A stretch of 64,000 nucleotides of DNA, from NCBI GenBank assembly GCA_964016885.1, contig OZ024752.1, positions 17,794,001 through 17,858,000 of the forward strand, in the 5' to 3' direction. The stretch's first letter is position 1. Each line of letters opens with the position of its first letter. The position numbers and the translations under genes are program-made. This DNA is from Eledone cirrhosa (lineage: Eukaryota). The notes under the pieces are model-generated. The model worked only from the letters and a program-made list of their open reading frames with translations, was not told the origin of the DNA and did not search any database. Shown here piece after piece: positions 55,901 through 64,000 of this stretch.

Positions 55901-58900
55901 TGGTCTACAACTCCACCATTCTAATTCCTTCTTATATGGTCTACAACTCCACCATTCTAACTCCTTCATATATGGTCTACAACTCCACCATTCTAACTCC
56001 TTCTTATATGGTCTACAACTCCACCATTCTAACTCTTTCTTATATGGTGTACAACTCCACCATTCTAACTCTTTCTTATATGGTCTACAACTCCACCATT
56101 CTAACTCATTCTTATATGGTCTACAACTCCACCATTCTAACTCCTTCTTATATGGTCTACAACTCCACCATTCTAACTCCTTCTTATATGGTGTACAACT
56201 CCACCATTCTAACTCTTTCTTATATGGTCTACAACTCCACCATTCTAACTCATTCTTATATGGTCTACAACTCCACCATTCTAACTCCTTCTTATATGGT
56301 CTACAACTCCACCATTCTAACTCCTTCTTATATGGTGTACAACTCCACCATTCTAACTCCTTCTTATATGGTCTACAACTCCACCATTCTAACTCCTTCT
56401 TATATGGTCTACAACTCCACCATTCTAACTCCTTCTTATAAGGTCTACAACTCCACCATTCTAATTCCTTCTTATATGGTCTACAACTCCACCATTCTAA
56501 CTCCTTCTTATATGGTCTACAACTCCACCATTCTAACTCCTTCTTATATGGTCTACAACTCCACCATTCTAACTCCTTCGTATATGGTCTACAACTCCAC
56601 CATTCTAACTCCTTATATGGTCTACAACTCCACCATTCTAACTCCGTCTTATATGGTGTACAACTCCACCATTCTAATTCCTTCTTATATGGTCTAAAAC
56701 ACCACCATTCTAATTCCTTCTTATATGGTCTACAACTCCACCATTCTAACTCCTTCATATATGGTTTACAACTCCACCATTCTAACTCCTTCTTATATGG
56801 TCTACAACTCCACCATTCTAACTCTTCTTATATGGTGTACAACTCCACCATTCTAACTCCTTCTTATATGGTCTACAACTCCACCATTCTAAGTCCTTCT
56901 TATATGGTCTACAACTCCACCATTCTAACTCCTTCTTATATAGTGTACAACTCCACCGTTCTAACTCCTTCTTATATGGTGTACAACTCCACCATTCTAA
57001 CTCCTTCTTATATGGTCTACAACTCCACAATTCTAACTCCTTCTTATATGGTCTACAACTCCACCATTCTAATTCCTTCTTATATGGTGTACAACTCCAC
57101 CATTCTAACTCCTTCATATATGGTCTACAACTCCACCATTCTAACTCCTTCTTATATGGTGTACAACTCCACCATTCTAATTGCTTCTTATATGGTCTAC
57201 AACTCCACCATTCTAACTCTTTCTTATATGGTCTACAACTCCACCATTCTAACTCCTTCTTATATTGTCTACAACTCCACCATTCTAACTCCTTCGTATA
57301 TGGTCTACAACTCCACCATTCTAACTCCTTATATGGTCTACAACTCCACCATTCTAACTCCGTCTTATATGGTGTACAACTCCACCATTCTAACTCTTTC
57401 TTATATGGTGTACAACTCCACCATTCTAACTCTTTCTTATATGGTCTACAACTCCACCATTCTAACTCATTCTTATATGGTCTACAACTCCACCATTCTA
57501 ACTCCTTCTTATATGGTCTACAACTCCACCATTCTAACTCCTTCTTATATGGTGTACAACTCCACCATTCTAACTCCTTCTTATATGGTCTACAACTCCA
57601 CCATTCTAACTCCTTCTTATATGGTCTACAACTCCACCATTCTAACTCCTCCTTATATGGTCTACAACTCCACCATTCTAATTCCTTCTTATATGGTCTA
57701 CAACTCCACCATTCTAACTCCTTCTTATATGGTGTACAACTCCACCATTCTAATTCCTTCTTATATGGTACAACTCCACCATTCTAACTCTTTCTTATAT
57801 GGTCTACAACTCCACCATTCTAACTCCTTCGTATATGGTCTACAACTCCACCATTCTAACTCCTTATATGGTCTACAACTCCACCATTCTAACTCCTTCT
57901 TATATGGTGTACAACTCCACCATTCTAACTCCTTCATATATGGTCTACAACTCCACCATTCTAACTCCTTCTTATATGGTGTACAACTCCACCATTCTAA
58001 TTGCTTCTTATATGGTCTACAACTCCACCATTCTAACTCTTTCTTATATGGTCTACAACTCCACCATTCTAACTCCTTCTTATATGGTCTACAACTCCAC
58101 CATTCTAACTCCTTCGTATATGGTCTACAACTCCACCATTCTAACTCCTTATATGGTCTACAACTCCACCATTCTAACTCCGTCTTATATGGTGTACAAC
58201 TCCACCATTCTAATTCCTTCTTATATGGTCTACAACTCCACCATTCTAACTCCTTCATATATGGTCTACAACTCCACCATTCTAACTCCTTCTTATATGG
58301 TCTACAACTCCACCATTCTAACTCTTTCTTATATGGTGTACAACTCCACCATTCTAACTCTTTCTTATATGGTCTACAACTCCACCATTCTAACTCATTC
58401 TTATATGGTCTACAACTCCACCATTCTAACTCCTTCTTATATGGTCTACAACTCCACCATTCTAACTCCTTCTTATATGGTGTACAACTCCACCATTCTA
58501 ACTCCTTCTTATATGGTCTACAACTCCACCATTCTAAATCCTTCTTATATGGTCTACAACTCCACCATTCTAACTCCTTCTTATATGGTCTACAACTCCA
58601 CCATTCTAATTCCTTCTTATATGGTCTACAACTCCACCATTCTAACTCCTTCTTATATGGTGTACAACTCCACCATTCTAATTCCTTCTTATATGGTCTA
58701 CAACTCCACCATTCTAACTCTTTCTTATATGGTCTACAACTCCACCATTCTAACTCCTTCTTATATGGTCTACAACTCCACCATTCTAACTCCTTCTTAT
58801 ATGGTGTACAACTCCACCATTCTAACTCCTTCTTATATGGTCTACAACTCCACCATTCTAACTCCTTCTTATATGGTGTACAACTCCACCATTCTAATTG

Positions 58901-61900
58901 CTTCTTATATGGTCTACAACTCCACCATTCTAACTCTTTCTTATATGGTCTACAACTCCACCATTCTAACTCCTTCTTATATGGTGTACAACTCCACCAT
59001 TCTAACTCCTTCATATATGGTCTACAACTCCACCATTCTAACTCCTTCTTATATGGTGTACAACTCCACCATTCTAATTGCTTCTTATATGGTCTACAAC
59101 TCCACCATTCTAACTCTTTCTTATATGGTCTACAACTCCACCATTCTAACTCCTTCTTATATGGTCTACAACTCCACCATTCTAACTCCTTCTTATATGT
59201 TCTACAACTCCACAATTCTAACTCCTTCATATATGGTGTACAACTCCACCATTCTAACTCCTTCGTATATGGTCTACAACTCCACCATTCTAACTCCTTA
59301 TATGGTCTACAACTCCACCATTCTAACTCCGTCTTATATGGTGTACAACTCCACCATTCTAACTCCTTCTTATATGGTCTACAACTCCACCATTCTAACT
59401 CATTCTTATATGGTCTACAACTCCACCATTCTAACTCCTTCTTATATGGTCTACAACTCCACCATTCTAACTCCTTCTTATATGGTCTACAACTCCACCA
59501 TTCTAACTCCTTCTTATATAGTGTACAACTCCACCATTCTAACTCATTCTTATATGGTGTACAACTCCACCATTCTAACTCCTTCATATATGGTCTACAA
59601 CTCCACCATTCTAACTCCTTCTTATATGGTGTACAACTCCACCATTCTAATTCCTTCTTATATGGTCTACAACTCCACCATTCTAACTCTTTCTTATATG
59701 GTCTACAACTCCACCATTCTAACTCCTTCTTATATGGTCTACAACTCCACCATTCTAACTCCTTCGTATATGGTCTACAACTCCACCATTCTAACTCCTT
59801 ATATGGTCTACAACTCCACCATTCTAACTCCTTCTTATATGGTCTACAACTCCACCATTCTAATTGCTTCTTATATGGTCTACAACTCCACCATTCTAAC
59901 TCCTTCTTATATGGTGTACAACTCCACCATTCTAATTCCTTCTTATATGGTCTACAACTCCACCATTCTAACTCTTTCTTATATGGTCTACAACTCCACC
60001 ATTCTAACTCCTTCGTATATGGTCTACAACTCCACCATTCTAACTCCTTATATGGTCTACAACTCCACCATTCTAACTCCTTCTTATATGGTGTACAACT
60101 CCACCATTCTAACTCCTTCATATATGGTCTACAACTCCACCATTCTAACTCCTTCTTATATGGTGTACAACTTCACCATTCTAATTGCTTCTTATATGGT
60201 CTACAACTCCACCATTCTAACTCTTTCTTATATGGTCTACAACTTCACCATTCTAACTCCTTCTTATATGGTCTACAACTCCACCATTCTAACTCCTTCT
60301 TATATAGTGTACAACTCCACCATTCTAACTCCTTCTTATATGGTGTACAACTCCACCATTCTAATTCCTTCTTATATGGTCTACAACTCCACAATTCTAA
60401 CTCCTTCTTATATGGTCTACAACTCCACCATTCTAATTCCTTCTTATATGGTCTACAACTCCACCATTCTAATTCCTTCTTATATGGTGTACAACTCCAC
60501 CATTCTAACTCTTTCATATATGGTCTACAACTCCACCATTCTAACTCCTTCTTATATGGTGTACAACTCCACCATTCTAATTCCTTCTTATATGGTCTAC
60601 AACTCCACCATTCTAACTCCTTCTTATATGGTCTACAACTCCACCATTCTAACTCCTTCTTATATGGTCTACAACTCCACCATTCTAACTCCTTCGTATA
60701 TGGTCTACAACTCCACCATTCTAACTCCTTATATGGTCTACAACTCCACCATTCTAACTCCGTCTTATATGGTGTACAACTCCACCATTCTAATTCCTTC
60801 TTATATGGTCTACAACTCCACCATTCTAATTCCTTCTTATATGGTCTACAACTCCACCATTCTAACTCCTTCATATATGGTCTACAACTCCACCATTCTA
60901 ACTCCTTCTTATATGGTCTACAACTCCACCATTCTAACTCTTTCTTATATGGTGTACAACTCCACCATTCTAACTCTTTCTTATATGGTCTACAACTCCA
61001 CCATTCTAACTCATTCTTATATGGTCTACAACTCCACCATTCTAACTCCTTCTTATATGGTCTACAACTCCACCATTCTAACTCCTTCTTATATGGTGTA
61101 CAACTCCACCATTCTAACTCTTTCTTATATGGTCTACAACTCCACCATTCTAACTCATTCTTATATGGTCTACAACTCCACCATTCTAACTCCTTCTTAT
61201 ATGGTCTACAACTCCACCATTCTAACTCCTTCTTATATGGTGTACAACTCCACCATTCTAACTCCTTCTTATATGGTCTACAACTCCACCATTCTAACTC
61301 CTTCTTATATGGTCTACAACTCCACCATTCTAACTCCTTCTTATAAGGTCTACAACTCCACCATTCTAATTCCTTCTTATATGGTCTACAACTCCACCAT
61401 TCTAACTCCTTCTTATATGGTCTACAACTCCACCATTCTAACTCCTTCTTATATGGTCTACAACTCCACCATTCTAACTCCTTCGTATATGGTCTACAAC
61501 TCCACCATTCTAACTCCTTATATGGTCTACAACTCCACCATTCTAACTCCGTCTTATATGGTGTACAACTCCACCATTCTAATTCCTTCTTATATGGTCT
61601 AAAACACCACCATTCTAATTCCTTCTTATATGGTCTACAACTCCACCATTCTAACTCCTTCATATATGGTTTACAACTCCACCATTCTAACTCCTTCTTA
61701 TATGGTCTACAACTCCACCATTCTAACTCTTCTTATATGGTGTACAACTCCACCATTCTAACTCCTTCTTATATGGTCTACAACTCCACCATTCTAAGTC
61801 CTTCTTATATGGTCTACAACTCCACCATTCTAACTCCTTCTTATATAGTGTACAACTCCACCGTTCTAACTCCTTCTTATATGGTGTACAACTCCACCAT

Positions 61901-62880
61901 TCTAACTCCTTCTTATATGGTCTACAACTCCACAATTCTAACTCCTTCTTATATGGTCTACAACTCCACCATTCTAATTCCTTCTTATATGGTGTACAAC
62001 TCCACCATTCTAACTCCTTCATATATGGTCTACAACTCCACCATTCTAACTCCTTCTTATATGGTGTACAACTCCACTATTCTAATTGCTTCTTATATGG
62101 TCTACAACTCCACCATTCTAACTCTTTCTTATATGGTCTACAACTCCACCATTCTAACTCCTTCTTATATTGTCTACAACTCCACCATTCTAACTCCTTC
62201 GTATATGGTCTACAACTCCACCATTCTAACTCCTTATATGGTCTACAACTCCACCATTCTAACTCCGTCTTATATGGTGTACAACTCCACCATTCTAACT
62301 CTTTCTTATATGGTGTACAACTCCACCATTCTAACTCTTTCTTATATGGTCTACAACTCCACCATTCTAACTCATTCTTATATGGTCTACAACTCCACCA
62401 TTCTAACTCCTTCTTATATGGTCTACAACTCCACCATTCTAACTCCTTCTTATATGGTGTACAACTCCACCATTCTAACTCCTTCTTATATGGTCTACAA
62501 CTCCACCATTCTAACTCCTTCTTATATGGTCTACAACTCCACCATTCTAACTCCTCCTTATATGGTCTACAACTCCACCATTCTAATTCCTTCTTATATG
62601 GTCTACAACTCCACCATTCTAACTCCTTCTTATATGGTGTACAACTCCACCATTCTAATTCCTTCTTATATGGTACAACTCCACCATTCTAACTCTTTCT
62701 TATATGGTCTACAACTCCACCATTCTAACTCCTTCGTATATGGTCTACAACTCCACCATTCTAACTCCTTATATGGTCTACAACTCCACCATTCTAACTC
62801 CTTCTTATATGGTGTACAACTCCACCATTCTAACTCCTTCATATATGGTCTACAACTCCACCATTCTAACTCCTTCTTAT
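49995..62880. repeat. Near-identical 4905-bp higher-order repeat (137 monomers), about 2.6 tandem copies
   Basis: Identical 99-aa minus ORFs at 51913/56818/61723; ORF pairs 51927/56832 and 52894/57799; private markers ataaggtc, ctaagtcc, caccgtt and the 34-mer tggtacaac recur every 4905 bp. 127x36+8x33+35+34=4905. Confidence 0.95.
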
Positions 62881-64000
62881 ATGGTGTACAACTTCACCAT
62901 TCTAATTGCTTCTTATATGGTCTACAACTCCACCATTCTAACTCTTTCTTATATGGTCTACAACTTCACCATTCTAACTCCTTCTTATATGGTCTACAAC
63001 TCCACCATTCTAACTCCTTCTTATATAGTGTACAACTCCACCATTCTAACTCCTTCTTATATGGTGTACAACTCCACCATTCTAATTCCTTCTTATATGG
63101 TCTACAACTCCACAATTCTAACTCCTTCTTATATGGTCTACAACTCCACCATTCTAATTCCTTCTTATATGGTCTACAACTCCACCATTCTAATTCCTTC
63201 TTATATGGTGTACAACTCCACCATTCTAACTCTTTCATATATGGTCTACAACTCCACCATTCTAACTCCTTCTTATATGGTGTACAACTCCACCATTCTA
63301 ATTCCTTCTTATATGGTCTACAACTCCACCATTCTAACTCCTTCTTATATGGTCTACAACTCCACCATTCTAACTCCTTCTTATATGGTCTACAACTCCA
63401 CCATTCTAACTCCTTCGTATATGGTCTACAACTCCACCATTCTAACTCCTTATATGGTCTACAACTCCACCATTCTAACTCCGTCTTATATGGTGTACAA
63501 CTCCACCATTCTAATTCCTTCTTATATGGTCTACAACTCCACCATTCTAATTCCTTCTTATATGGTCTACAACTCCACCATTCTAACTCCTTCATATATG
63601 GTCTACAACTCCACCATTCTAACTCCTTCTTATATGGTCTACAACTCCACCATTCTAACTCTTTCTTATATGGTGTACAACTCCACCATTCTAACTCTTT
63701 CTTATATGGTCTACAACTCCACCATTCTAACTCATTCTTATATGGTCTACAACTCCACCATTCTAACTCCTTCTTATATGGTCTACAACTCCACCATTCT
63801 AACTCCTTCTTATATGGTGTACAACTCCACCATTCTAACTCTTTCTTATATGGTCTACAACTCCACCATTCTAACTCATTCTTATATGGTCTACAACTCC
63901 ACCATTCTAACTCCTTCTTATATGGTCTACAACTCCACCATTCTAACTCCTTCTTATATGGTGTACAACTCCACCATTCTAACTCCTTCTTATATGGTCT
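60170..64000. repeat. Terminal duplication, period 2721 bp (76 monomers): ~62890-64000 copies ~60170-61279
   Basis: Two aacttcacc variants at 60169/60241 recur at 62890/62962; minus ORFs share left ends 60245/62966; 76x36-15=2721. Confidence 0.88.

Larger units (their letters stand above)
1..64000. repeat. 36-bp tandem satellite/minisatellite array (consensus ATGGTCTACAACTCCACCATTCTAACTCCTTCTTAT), about 1,780 monomers, open at both window ends
   Basis: Every line is made of this monomer in one orientation with mostly 0-3 substitutions per copy. Length variants: 33 bp (CCTTCTTAT>CCTTAT), 35 bp (e.g. 1440, 4137), 34 bp (52864, 57769, 62674) and one 37 bp (42233). The ORF track shows a 12-aa period in all open frames. 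Confidence 0.99.

Noticed and set aside
1440-61735. Programmed frameshifting or phase variation at the 35-bp monomers
   Set aside because: No slippery heptamer or stimulatory structure and no evidence of a gene; they are simple 1-bp deletions spread by block duplication.
16-63595. All ORFs in the track, up to 3177 aa, as protein-coding genes (mucin-, extensin- or adhesin-like)
   Set aside because: They overlap in three frames, consist only of the 12-aa repeat, have no unique termini or domains, and are broken by frameshifts and stops that were themselves amplified by duplication.
1-64000. CRISPR array (36-bp repeat length)
   Set aside because: Monomers are directly adjacent with no unique spacers; no leader and no cas genes.
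1-64000. Telomerase-synthesised telomeric repeat
   Set aside because: No TTAGG/TTAGGG-type unit; variants are inherited in kilobase blocks, which indicates recombinational copying rather than templated addition.
1-64000. Canonical G-quadruplex or i-motif array
   Set aside because: The consensus has only GG/CC doublets and no runs of three; longer C runs occur only in rare variants.
1-64000. Rolling-circle or concatemer sequencing artefact, or synthetic data-encoding DNA
   Set aside because: Hierarchically shared mutations and multiple nested periods fit evolutionary descent, not a single template copied with random errors. Local misassembly is still possible.

Overview
The entire 64 kb window is one uninterrupted head-to-tail tandem array of a 36-bp monomer (consensus ATGGTCTACAACTCCACCATTCTAACTCCTTCTTAT; about 1,780 copies; consensus 9 A/12 C/2 G/13 T). 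I see no unique sequence, inversion, transposon, RNA gene or credible protein-coding gene. The long ORFs are a by-product of a 12-codon monomer that has no stop in three of six frames. The informative structure is the order of variant monomers, which records nested tandem duplications at many scales: 716, 1503, 1971, 2087, 2373, 2721, 2768, 4813, 4905 and 6538 bp, plus a ~20-21 kb super-period. It also shows two interleaved monomer sub-domains, a recurrent multi-monomer cassette, and a young 137-monomer (4905 bp) higher-order repeat at the right end. This is most consistent with eukaryotic satellite or giant minisatellite DNA. The organism, chromosomal position and function cannot be determined from the sequence, and I found no solid evidence of a new gene-based system. 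Offsets were derived by hand from diagnostic variants and ORF-track coordinates; breakpoints are approximate to within a few monomers.
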